Source: Carcharhinus longimanus
Lineage: Eukaryota
Direction: 5' to 3'
DNA length: 64,000 nucleotides
NCBI GenBank assembly: GCA_030264375.1
Contig: JASCQW010000072.1
Location: 38,673,109-38,737,108, forward strand
Position 1 is the stretch's first letter. Every line of letters begins with the position of its first letter. The translations under genes were made by a program, and so were the position numbers. Below are positions 12,040 to 22,659 of the stretch, piece by piece. Below the pieces are notes generated by a model. That model made no database searches. It had not been told where the DNA came from and saw only the letters and a program-made list of their open reading frames with translations.

Positions 12040-12560
12040 GCCACCCTGTTAGTGAAGACATTGCTCCTCTTCCCAGTCCTAAATGGCCAGCCCCTTGTTA
12101 TGAGATTGTGTCCCCAGTTCTAGACCACCCCCAGCCAAGAGAAATATCCTTCCCACATCTATCCTGTAAGAATCTTGAATGTTTGAATGAGCCCCCTCTC
12201 ATGCTTCTCAATTCCACAGAATAATCTTTCCTCATAGGACAATCCCTCCATTGCAGGAATTAATTTAGTTTACCTCTGTTGCACTCTCTCTATGGCAGTA
12301 AGTCATCTTTATTTCTTTACATAAATCCTCTTGTAAGAAATGTCAACATACTCTCTTCACTGCTTGCTGTACATACATGCTAGTTTTCAGTGGCTCATGG
12401 ACAAGGACACCCAAGTCCCACTGAAGCTCAGTACTTCCCAGTTTCTAAATACTCTCTATTTCCATTTTTCCACATCATGATCCATCTGCCAAATTTTTGC
12501 CTACTTGCTTAGCCTCTCCAAATCCCCATGAAGTGCCAGTGCATGCACCATACAGCTCAC
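12040..12560 (-). mobile_element. Old CR1 3' fragment
   Basis: gtccccagttctagacc...cccacatctatcctg...ggacacccaagtcc is typical CR1 3' ORF2 sequence. Confidence 0.7.
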
Positions 12561-12727
12561 AAACAGGCTGTCATCCGCACCCCTCCCAGCCACCTTATTC
12601 AATCTTGTCACTGTAACCAAAATAATGTGTTCAAGTAATACAACTGATTCCAATTGTAAAACATGGTGAACTATGAAAAATAAATCAGAGATTAATCATT
12701 GCTGTATAGAAAATAGTAATTTGTCTC

Positions 12728-13110
12728 TTTGTTTATTCACGGAATGTGTGCATTGCTGATTAAGTCAGCATTTAATGCCCATTCTTAATTGCCCTTAAAA
12801 AGGTGATGAGCCACCTTCTTGAAACCCTGTGTGTGGTGTAGATCCTTTCTCAAACGTAGGTAAGGGATTCCTGGATTTTGGCCCGGTGACACTGAAGAGG
12901 TAGCAGTATATTTTCAAGTCAATGAGATTTGGAGGGCAACTTGTAGGTGGTGGTATTCCCATGCATTGGCTGTCTCTGTCCCTCAAGGCGTTGAGGTTGC
13001 AGGTTTAGGAAGTGCTGTCTAAGATGCCTTGGTGCATTGCTGCTGTGCATCATATAGATGGTACACATTTCTGCCGCTGTGCACTGATGGTGGAGGGAGT
13101 GAATATGTAA
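12728..13110 (-). mobile_element. 3' end of the CR1/L2-group LINE family
   Basis: ttattcacggaatgtg...aattgcccttaaaaaggtgatgagcc matches 60520-60900. Confidence 0.8.
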
Positions 13111-14074
13111 GGGCCAGGAATTTTAGGATGGTGGGGTTTTCCCTTCCTCCATTCCAGGAATCAGCGAAAAACACATTTGCACTGATACTGCCTGCCCCAC
13201 ATTCATCTAACATTCCAATAAGTTTATTCAGCTGGAGGTGGGATTTTCACTCTTTACTGGAGAACAGGTCTCACTTCAGAGAGCTGCCAGCCAATCCAAT
13301 CAAGAACCTGAAGTTAAAAGGAGGCTGTTGATGGAGCCCAACCTTGCCCAAGGAAGGGTCATTTTTCCAACTTACTCTCTACCCTTGAACTCCTCCTGAC
13401 AGCCTGAAAATTTTGCTGAGCAGGAAACTGCCCTTAAATGGTCAAAAATTGGATCGTTTAGGTCAGATTCCAAGAAACATCACTCAAAATGAAAAACATT
13501 TGGAATACACTGCAAAGCAAAACAATAAGCTAAAAATGGTATTTAAAGTGCAATCATGTGCCACAATACGATGAACTTCAATTGGCTAAATGATTGTTTC
13601 TCAAATCTGGCTCCCCTCTGTCATATAATCAGATAGGTAACAGTGGGGATAGTCCACCTGTTATGCTTCAGACAGTCTACTAGTGAATAATAGAATGAAA
13701 GCCAATCCGATCAATAACCTAAAGTTAAAAGGAGGTTGCCCAATGCACGCGCAGGGTTAGTTTTCTGATTTCCCCTCTACCTCAGAACTCCTACAGCCTG
13801 AAAATTGAGGCTATGCCCTTAAATAGAAATACACATTACAGACTTGCACCTCCTAACCCGACCACCACAGTCTGTTCCTGTTTATAGCAATACAAGTGAA
13901 GCCCCAGTTACGACACAATTAATACCACTGGAGCTAAGGAATATCACGTGATCTTCTGATTCAGAGAATGTAGAGAGATAATGCATCAGATGTGAAATTA
14001 AACCCAGTGGAAGATTTCAAACAGAGTTAAAGGAGAGATGAATTAACCCGAGAACCATCCATAACTCGAGAACA

Positions 14075-14156
14075 TTGGAGAGGCTACCTCGCTAAATAGT
14101 TTTAAGACGCGGGTTGATGGGTTTTTGATAAGAGAGGGGATTAAGGGTTATGGGGA
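14075..14156 (+). mobile_element. CR1 3' fragment abutting an N gap
   Basis: gaggctacctcgctaaatagttttaag...ggattaagggttatgggga. Confidence 0.75.
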
Positions 14157-14256
14157 NNNNNNNNNNNNNNNNNNNNNNNNNNNNNNNNNNNNNNNNNNNN
14201 NNNNNNNNNNNNNNNNNNNNNNNNNNNNNNNNNNNNNNNNNNNNNNNNNNNNNNNN

Positions 14257-14476
14257 AGAGAAAGAGGAAGTATAACTGGAGTGCTAAGGCCAAAAGGAGA
14301 AACACAACTGGTACAGGCCGCATGAGGCACCTGGAGGTGGTGTACCGTCGATTCAGGAATGGATTCCGAGAAGGGACCACCCCAAAGCCCAGGCATTCCA
14401 CAATGGCTTCCTCCAGCACTGCATAAAGTACCAGTGTACCATCACAACAAATAAAGTTACGGTTTGGAAAAAAAAA
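14257..14476 (+). pseudogene. RPL37: RPL37 (60S ribosomal protein L37) processed retrocopy, 3' half; 5' end hidden by an N gap
   Basis: 14259-14426 translates to [55 protein letters not shown]. There are no introns, AATAAA lies at 14450-14455 and an A9 tail at 14468-14476. Confidence 0.93.
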
Positions 14477-14554
14477 CATGATCATTTTGAGAAAGGAAGT
14501 GGTGATTGTTTTGAAAGTAAGGGAACAGTGCCTGCAGAGAGGGAACCATTTACA

Positions 14555-14750
14555 ATGAAAGCAAAAATACTGCAGATGCTGGAATCCAAACTAAAAACAG
14601 AAAATGCCAGAAAGACTCAGTAGGTCTGGCAGCACCTATTGGGAGAGAAACCAAGTTAGAGTCTGTGTGATTCTTCTTCAGGGCTAGAGTGGTAGAAATG
14701 TGATAGATTTTATACTGTTGAAATGGGGTGGAGCAAGATAGAAGGTCAAA
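14555..14750 (-). mobile_element. Penelope-like terminal repeat fragment
   Basis: aaaatactgcagatgctggaatcc...aacagaaaatgcc...gtaggtctggcagca, homologous to 6055-6200. Confidence 0.75.
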
Positions 14751-17617
14751 TTATAATATCAGTTTAATAATAATCTTGGAAATTCAAATACATGTATTCT
14801 GGTTACACTTCACTTTTTGTTACCTTTTTTTCAGATAATTTTCTCAGAAGCTGAGGGTTAACAATTATTCAGAGTTTAGGAAACAAAATCAAATAAACAT
14901 TGCTGAACAATGTTTATTCTACAACTGCTGGTTTGTTTATGATGTCATAAGTGCAGAGGTGATCTTACCTGGTCTACATTGCACTTTTTAGGCTCTCATT
15001 AACAAAGTGCAATTGAGGGAACAAATTTTGTAACTGCATTTTGATCAGTTTACAGGATGCACAGTATTTGAAGAAATCACAGAACAGAGACAGACATTCC
15101 AGACATAGGTGTCTCGTATTGGCAGAGTTAAAACGTAGATCCCCTATAATCCAATTGTCATAAGCTTCACAAATATTTCTTTGAAGCATTGCATTTCTAA
15201 ACTCCAGTGAGACAAAATCTGAGACCTGATTCAAAAAGCATATGAATACGGGGATGGACCGTTTCTGGTGGTGCGAATGGACAAAGATAGATTTTAATAC
15301 CCTTGTTTCCCCTCAAGAATTTCTTCTTCTCAAACTAGTTCTGCAGCAACCTTCCTACATATTTAATGTTAACTCTTTCTTTCCTATCTTAAGGATAAAT
15401 ACTAAGCTAGTACACTGTTCCACCCTCCGAAAATTATACTTAGCTGCTTGAAATCAAAAATCCCTCTGACTTATTTTTGGAAGTATTAGAAAGTACACAA
15501 TGCAGGCTCAAATCCCAGTTGCCACAGAGTGCTGGCATGTTGAGGCTCTCTGTATTGCTCTACAGTGTGATTTTCTGATCTTAGCTACAACTATATTGAT
15601 GTATAGCACAGGTATGAGACAGTTTTTGACAGGAAAGGGAAAATGATGGGGTAAATAGTTGTAAAGTTTAAGAGGGTGCCTACTCCCCACCAATAAATGG
15701 CACATCATCTTGGGAATGCTTAAAGGAGATGAAGGAAGAAAGGTGTCCAATAACCACTGTGATGACCTTTGGCCCAGAAGCAGTTCAGAAAGGAAAATTT
15801 GTCATTTCTTTTAGAGGTTTATGGAATCTTTAATTGTTTTTAAAAATGTTTGAAAAGGATTTTTGAGAGTTTGTTTAACTATAAATGAATCATTTGTAAT
15901 TTTCTTGGATAATAAGAAATACTGGTCCATATGACCTGGTGACCCCTGATCTGGAAACTTAACCAATAGGAAAGAAGTCAGTAAAATAGCTAGCATACAG
16001 CTAGCAGACACCAAGAGGAAGAGATGGAAAGAGAAACACAGTGAATTCCAGTGAGGAGAAGGAGTAAATCACTTAAGAAGAAATTAGTTTCTCTGTTTGG
16101 TAGAAAATGAGATGGAAGCTCTTGGAAGTACTGTGTGAACTGGCTGAAAAGGTCTAAAACCTGGAAAGCTGTGTGGATAGCTTAGAAACACTAAAGTGCT
16201 GAATGTTTTCCCAGAAGTGGCCAAACCATGAGCTACTGGTTGATTGAAAAGAAACTTTGGAAAGCTTCACCATTAGGACTTGGGTGATCTGAGGGAGAGA
16301 GGGTTCATAGAAGTGTGCCTTGCGCTCATTAATTCTACCCATGAAACTGGTGAAGCTTTTGTCAAATATGATTCTTGATCTACCTGGCATGAATAAAGAA
16401 CAGCATAATTGTAGAACTGTGTAGCTATGTAGTGCTACATTTTTGTGGATAGTGATGCAAAAACCTGTGGTTACATAAGACTTATCTTTGGCACATTGAC
16501 CATTTGAAGTGAAATTTACATTTCTATTTGAAGTGTAATTTGCCTGTTAAGTCATGTGTAATTTGTGTTGCTTCTGATTTGTGCTAAAAGTGGAATCCTG
16601 CTGTCTATTTCTACATTTGGAGATCATTTAGTAAATTTGCCTATTTTGGTGATATTTTCACCAGAGAGATTTATTTCAAGTAGATAGGTTTTTTGGATAG
16701 TCCTGCTCTTTCCCCTCCAGTTACCTTATTATTGCAATTGTTGATTGATTAACAGTTAATTGTTGATGTTGTAATCATGTCATAATAAAGTGCAAACTCT
16801 AGTTCTAACTGAGCACCTGTTACAAATTGGGGAAAGGTTAAGGCATTATTCTTAAGTAAATTTCAGAGCCAGTCTCCAGCTGTGCGGAGAGAGGAAAAGA
16901 TAGTCTGTGCACATGTTCTTTGGGTTTTGTGACAAACTTACATAACGGGAGGTTGGCTCAGTAAATTATATTAATCAATGTCTAGTCTATCTTGTGCAAA
17001 TGAATAATCTTGGCTACACGAAACCTTTCATTGCTGTAAGCATAAAACATTTTATGAAATAGACTGAGGCACCCTTTGGAGCTATTTCTCATGCGCACTT
17101 AGTAAGTGTAAGGAAAAGTGAGGGAACCTAGTTATTTACTCAAAAGAACTGTTAAATATACATCCAGCAATCTGCGAAAGCAAACTTGGAAGCACCTGAA
17201 TTAGGTTCAGCATCAACTCATTAGATGTTGACATTTAGCCTCCTTAGCAACTATACTTGATTTAAGATTAGTGCAAAAAATAAGCTTTTTAAGATTTGAG
17301 CTAGACATAATTTCCATTTTAATGTCCATCTCACATGTCCGCTTGAGAAAATTAGGCGGTTTTTGAATACATAATCCGGGTCGTCTCGCTTCTGGCCATC
17401 TTTGCTGCACATTAGTTTACACTGAGTAAAGTTTGTACCTTGAGGTTAGAAGTATGATGTGTCTTTACTGGAAATAACAAAGAACACAGATTACATTATT
17501 GTGTGAATACATTTATCCACTGACTTGTATTTTTGTGCTTTAATGCCTCCAATTAAAGATTTTGCTTCAAGTCTATTTCAAATGTTTCTTTCACCAGAAC
17601 AACTGAAAGACAATTAC

Positions 17618-17870
17618 CAGCCATCCCTGTGCATTCCATGTACAGACAGGCATCCTTGTGCATTCCACTTACAGCCAGCTATCCCAGTGCCTTTGATATA
17701 CTGACAGCCATCCCTGTGTATTCCATGTATACACAGTAAGAAGTCTCACAACACCAAGTTAAAGCTTGGTGGTGTGAGACTTTTTGCTGTGTTTACCCCA
17801 GTCCAATGCCGGCATTTCCACATCATGACATTCCACTTACAGGCAGCCATGCCTGTGCATTCCACATACA
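17618..17870. repeat. 29-bp minisatellite (cagccatccctgtgcattccatgtacaga), four units plus ~1.5 units, split by a Penelope terminal insertion
   Basis: Units start at 17618, 17647, 17676 and 17705; the array resumes at ~17828. Confidence 0.85.
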
Positions 17871-17965
17871 TGACATGGAGATGACAGTGTTGGACTGGGG
17901 TAAACACAGTAAGAAGCCTCACAACACCAGGTTAAAGTCCAACAGGTTTATTTGGTAGCAAAAGC
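17731..17965. mobile_element. Two Penelope-like terminal fragments in opposite orientations (17731-17827 and ~17870-17965)
   Basis: ggactggggtaaacacagtaagaag.ctcacaacacca.gttaaag occurs in both orientations; the second copy runs into a 920-N gap. Confidence 0.7.
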
Positions 17966-18885
17966 NNNNNNNNNNNNNNNNNNNNNNNNNNNNNNNNNNN
18001 NNNNNNNNNNNNNNNNNNNNNNNNNNNNNNNNNNNNNNNNNNNNNNNNNNNNNNNNNNNNNNNNNNNNNNNNNNNNNNNNNNNNNNNNNNNNNNNNNNNN
18101 NNNNNNNNNNNNNNNNNNNNNNNNNNNNNNNNNNNNNNNNNNNNNNNNNNNNNNNNNNNNNNNNNNNNNNNNNNNNNNNNNNNNNNNNNNNNNNNNNNNN
18201 NNNNNNNNNNNNNNNNNNNNNNNNNNNNNNNNNNNNNNNNNNNNNNNNNNNNNNNNNNNNNNNNNNNNNNNNNNNNNNNNNNNNNNNNNNNNNNNNNNNN
18301 NNNNNNNNNNNNNNNNNNNNNNNNNNNNNNNNNNNNNNNNNNNNNNNNNNNNNNNNNNNNNNNNNNNNNNNNNNNNNNNNNNNNNNNNNNNNNNNNNNNN
18401 NNNNNNNNNNNNNNNNNNNNNNNNNNNNNNNNNNNNNNNNNNNNNNNNNNNNNNNNNNNNNNNNNNNNNNNNNNNNNNNNNNNNNNNNNNNNNNNNNNNN
18501 NNNNNNNNNNNNNNNNNNNNNNNNNNNNNNNNNNNNNNNNNNNNNNNNNNNNNNNNNNNNNNNNNNNNNNNNNNNNNNNNNNNNNNNNNNNNNNNNNNNN
18601 NNNNNNNNNNNNNNNNNNNNNNNNNNNNNNNNNNNNNNNNNNNNNNNNNNNNNNNNNNNNNNNNNNNNNNNNNNNNNNNNNNNNNNNNNNNNNNNNNNNN
18701 NNNNNNNNNNNNNNNNNNNNNNNNNNNNNNNNNNNNNNNNNNNNNNNNNNNNNNNNNNNNNNNNNNNNNNNNNNNNNNNNNNNNNNNNNNNNNNNNNNNN
18801 NNNNNNNNNNNNNNNNNNNNNNNNNNNNNNNNNNNNNNNNNNNNNNNNNNNNNNNNNNNNNNNNNNNNNNNNNNNNNNNNNNNNN
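17966..18885. other. Assembly gap (920 N); other gaps at 11743-11842, 14157-14256, 25404-25503, 37738-37837, 57311-57410, 59672-59681 and 60042-60141
   Basis: N runs. Confidence 1.
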
Positions 18886-19158
18886 GCAGGAAGCAACTGA
18901 TGAAGGGATGAGTTTAGACAGAGAGATTGACAAGATCCCATCTGCCTGCTGAAATGAACTTAAAAGAATACATAGTACAGTTTTAAAGAAAGGATGCCCT
19001 CCCGATCTTCTGGTCAATAATTATTCCTCAAGTAATGCCACCAAAACAGATTAACCAGCCACTTATTTAATTGATGTTGGGAGGAATTTGCTGTGCATAG
19101 ATTGACTTCTCAACATGCCTACAAAACAACAGTATTTGCACTTCAAAAGTAATCAATT

Positions 19159-19776
19159 GGGCCATAACTTCCTCGGAGTGGCAATCAGTGTACCTACTTA
19201 ACTGCACTAAAGTTCTTAAAGTTCTTAAAGTGCTCGTCTTACCAGATCTTCATGACTCAGGCTGGGTGAAATTCATGCCGTGCAGTGTGCTCCCGATGCC
19301 ACTGCTGGATTCCAAAAGAAGAAGAGTGAGGAAGGAGATGCCCCTATTTTTTACGGCACGAGCCACAACAGGCCAGGGAAAAAAATAAGTTATGGGATTT
19401 GGCCGATATGGGGAGGGGCTGCTTAGAGGATGGGATTGGAGAAGTCCCCTGGGAGACCAGGAATGTGGAAGGTGGAGGGTGTCCTATGCAGGAACCCATT
19501 TGGACCTTTAATATAGTTACGCTGAAGTTAGAAGTGGTTTTATTTCTTATTCTTTCAGAGTAGCTATTAGTATAACATTGGCAGAGCCATCCGAGGTTAG
19601 TGATTTAGACGATTTGTCAAACAGATCCCAGTGCAGTGCAATTTTACAGTGGTTATGAGCATTTCTGGACAATTGCCATGTAAACTCTTACCCGAGAGCT
19701 TCTCAGAGGGATTCCCCAGCCATATCTTTAAGATACCCCTCCAAATCCAAGTCTGGGGTGCTGGGAAGTTATGGGC
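19159..19776. mobile_element. Non-autonomous DNA transposon (MITE, Harbinger-like) inserted in a DeuSINE tail (18940-19830)
   Basis: TIRs gggccataacttcc / ggaagttatgggc flanked by ATT..ATT (alternatively ATTG). The host SINE tail continues across the element. Confidence 0.75.
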
Positions 19777-21049
19777 ATTGCATGTGAACTGCTTTGGAAA
19801 ACTCAATGAGATAATTGAAAAAAAATGATAATGAACATCCAGGCACCAAAGCTCTCAGGCTAATGCTAAATAATGCAATTGTCTTAGAGTTCTTTGAACA
19901 TGCGATTGCAGCCATATCATTAAGAGAAGCACAGAGCACAAACTAAGCACTTCTCCTCAGGGCAAGCAGGGAAATTAGAGGAGTCAACTGAAGCAGCTAC
20001 CTCTGTCCAATCACAGCAGACTTAATGTCAGTTATAATTTTCACTTGTAAGCAATGCAAGCCAAAAAATAAGCAGGCATAGAGATGATCACTGCTCATAC
20101 AAAGATAAGCAGATAAAGTTAGATGAGACTCGCAAGAGTCATAAAGAGCAGCATAGGCCGGTTGGATCAAATGGCCAGTTCATGTGCTGTAAATTCTAGA
20201 TTGTTTTTACATTCTACGGACTTGAACGTCACTGGCAGAGAGTATTTGCTACCCATTCCTGAATGCCCTCAAGAAGGTGGTGATGCAGTAAGGATGGCAC
20301 AGTGGTACATTTTAAAACAGAAGTGAAGTTAGGATATCATTTACAACCTAATAAAACTTGTTTGATTTCCTGTCCTAGCTCTTTTCCTTTCATTGTTTGT
20401 TAACCATTCCCACTTCTATAGAATGGAATCTATAATACCAGTTGGTGCAGATAAAACTTGTACTTACATATGAATTATATCTATTTTGCAGCTCCCATAT
20501 ATGCTTATACATATTTATTTGCAATGAGTCATTATAATTTCAGGGTGAAACCAGGTTGAACTGTACACACCTTTCAGTTCCTATTGTGCATTACCCTCTG
20601 GCAGTTTAACTTTTACAGTTATCAAACTTTCTTAATTGTTCACCTTTTATAACAATTTACTGTGATGGCCAAACAGCACAATTATCATGAAACCCTGTTG
20701 TATGCTTTGCATGTTTGGTGTTGGTGGTCAATATGCACTTAAAATAAAAATGCCACATTAATTAAATCCTTTTAATAATGGTGTTCAAAGATTTTAAACC
20801 TAACTGCCAAGTCGACAGTGTTCTCTTGTGTGAGTGAAAAGAAATTGCAAGCCAGTAAAAGTGACCCACTCCCAAACATACACACATAAATGAATTAATA
20901 AAGAAGTTCAAATGAAAAGAAGAACACTCACACGTAAAATTAGGATTTAGCAATTTGGAATCAACGTGTGCAAGTGATTGTGAGAAGCAGGAGTCAAAAC
21001 AGATTCTCACCATTCTGAACAAAATAGCTGCTTAAGTTCATCTGAATGG

Positions 21050-21076
21050 CTATGCCCATATGCCCTCCTCATCATC
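21050..21076 (-). CDS. ERC1: ERC1 neuronal-isoform (ERC1b-type) terminal coding exon DDEEGIWA*, the RIM PDZ-binding IWA motif; exon probably extends to 21011
   Basis: ccaaatAG|GAT GAT GAG GAG GGC ATA TGG GCA TAG, in phase with the 33753 exon (..SPEQ|DDEEGIWA). The first strong donor is AATG|GTGAGA at 21011/21010. Confidence 0.92.
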   Translation of the reverse strand, partial: DDEEGIWA

Positions 21077-21142
21077 CTATTTGGTTGCAGATGACAAGGA
21101 CAGCCAATGATAGCGTGGGGACAAAATAAGAGCAAGTTAGTA
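21077..21142 (-). promoter_or_regulatory. 3' splice-site region of the IWA exon: perfect TACTAAC branch point/QKI site and UGC motif
   Basis: The minus strand reads atatTACTAACttgctcttattttgtccccacgctatcattggctgtccttgtcatcTGCaaccaaatAG, with TACTAAC at 21136-21142. Confidence 0.7.
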
Positions 21143-22339
21143 ATATGCAGGCAACAACCAGATTGTACATTAGAATAAAGATAAGCAGTGGTGACTTTCC
21201 AATGATCTCTTCTCCTGCCAGTTTTGTGATAAAGTAATGGATTAGAGTATGGGCAAACACGTATTCAATTTCCTGTGAATCAAATCACCAGAGTGTTATT
21301 TATCTGACATGCACCAAAATACAGAATACATTCACTGAAGTGGGCTGTTGGGGGGCAGATTGTGTATCATTTTTCCTTTCAATTTTTTTCACTTTTGGGT
21401 AGAACAGCTTGTTGGATGTACCAGTAGTGCCAATACACTACTACAACAGTTTACATGATGAATCTGTCAGAGTTTGATTGAAGGGTACTAAGGATCTTGC
21501 GATTTGATTATATCAATTCAAATAAGTGTAACTCTCACTGCACCACAGAACTGTCAACATCAGAAAGAGATTTCAGAAACAGATTGAACAAGGTTGTTGC
21601 TCTACAAAGTGAAACAAGAGGTTTTCCTTCTGGTCAACTATGTTTTGTTGCATGTTACACGTCAGTAAGTTTAAGATTCCTTCTCCCTGTTTAGACTGAA
21701 TTTTGAATGAATATTGGTATCATGGTTGTCCCTCACGGATGGCATCTACTCAGAGTCATGGGTTTCTGCCATGGTTGTCTTGCGCCTGAACAGACTGATT
21801 CTCGATCTGCACATCTTTGGGCACATGGGGCAGGATATCCTATGTGGTAGTGAGGTCTGGAGTGCAGGATTTGCTCCCTTTTCTTTCCATTTCCGTTGCT
21901 GCTCTTCTTCATCATGAAGGTGTTGTGACTCAGTGTACTGCAGCAAGTTGTCAGCACTCTGAATGATTGGTAGCAAGCTCTGCCTCATCATTAAGGTCAA
22001 CAATGCTACACTTCCAAAGAAAACTTCAGATTGTCTTAAGTGTTTTCTCTGTTCTCCCTGGTAGATTGGCCATTTGAGAATTTGGGTATAATGTTCAGTC
22101 CATCAAAGTTGATTTTCCAGGAGTTTTGCCTGAGTGTCTGGAGAGCTGGTTTCAAGAAGAATACAAGTATTTATTCAATAGTCCTCACCTTGAAACTAGA
22201 GGTTGCGACAGAGGCATTGCTCATAGAACCTCTCTCCGGTGCTCCTATATGCTGCTGATACACAAAGTTTCACTACAGTACAGAAATGTAGTGATGACAC
22301 TTGCTCTGTACACTCAGTCTTGATTTGATTCATCGTCAA

Positions 22340-22612
22340 TTTTTTTAATTCATTCATGGGATATGGGCGCTCTGGCTGGCTGGCTGTTGCCCATCCATGG
22401 TTGCCTCTGAAAAGGTGGTGGTGAGCTGCCTTCTTGAATCACTGCAGTCCATGTTCTGTGGGTTGACCCACAATGCTGTTAGGGAGGGAATTCCAGGATT
22501 TTGCCTCAGTGACTGCGAAGGAATGACGATATATTTCCAAGTCAGGATGGTGAATGGCTTGGAGCGGAACTTGCAGGTAGTAGTGTCCCCATGTATCTGC
22601 TGCCCTCGTATT
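22340..22612 (-). mobile_element. 3' end of the CR1/L2-group LINE, nested in the RTE
   Basis: attcatgggatatgggcg...ggtggtggtgagctgccttcttgaa...atatttccaagtcaggatggtg, same as 60540-60730. Confidence 0.85.
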
Positions 22613-22659
22613 GGTATAGAGTGAAAAATATTATTTCTTTCGTGCTGTGCAGACAAAGC

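Noticed and set aside
14966-15234. 86-aa minus-strand ORF near a consensus donor (CAG|GTAAGA)
   Set aside because: It stops before the donor and has no recognisable homology.
15800-16660. Possible old solo LTR
   Set aside because: Only compositional resemblance; ends and TSD could not be defined.
17618-17870. CRISPR-like array
   Set aside because: Head-to-tail 29-mers without unique spacers in vertebrate DNA; it is a minisatellite.
17919-19017. Long ORFs of 319-361 aa in the ORF track
   Set aside because: Artefacts of translating through the N gap.
1-21000. Search for the downstream ERC1a exon (IIQPLLELDQNRSKLKLYIGHL...)
   Set aside because: Not found by eye. The IGHL at ~15745 has no flanking similarity. 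The exon probably lies outside the window or in a gap.
21011-21076. The exon length of 66 nt is a multiple of 3, suggesting stop-codon readthrough into the ERC1a C-terminus
   Set aside because: A second in-frame stop follows (TAG CCA TTC AGA TGA).
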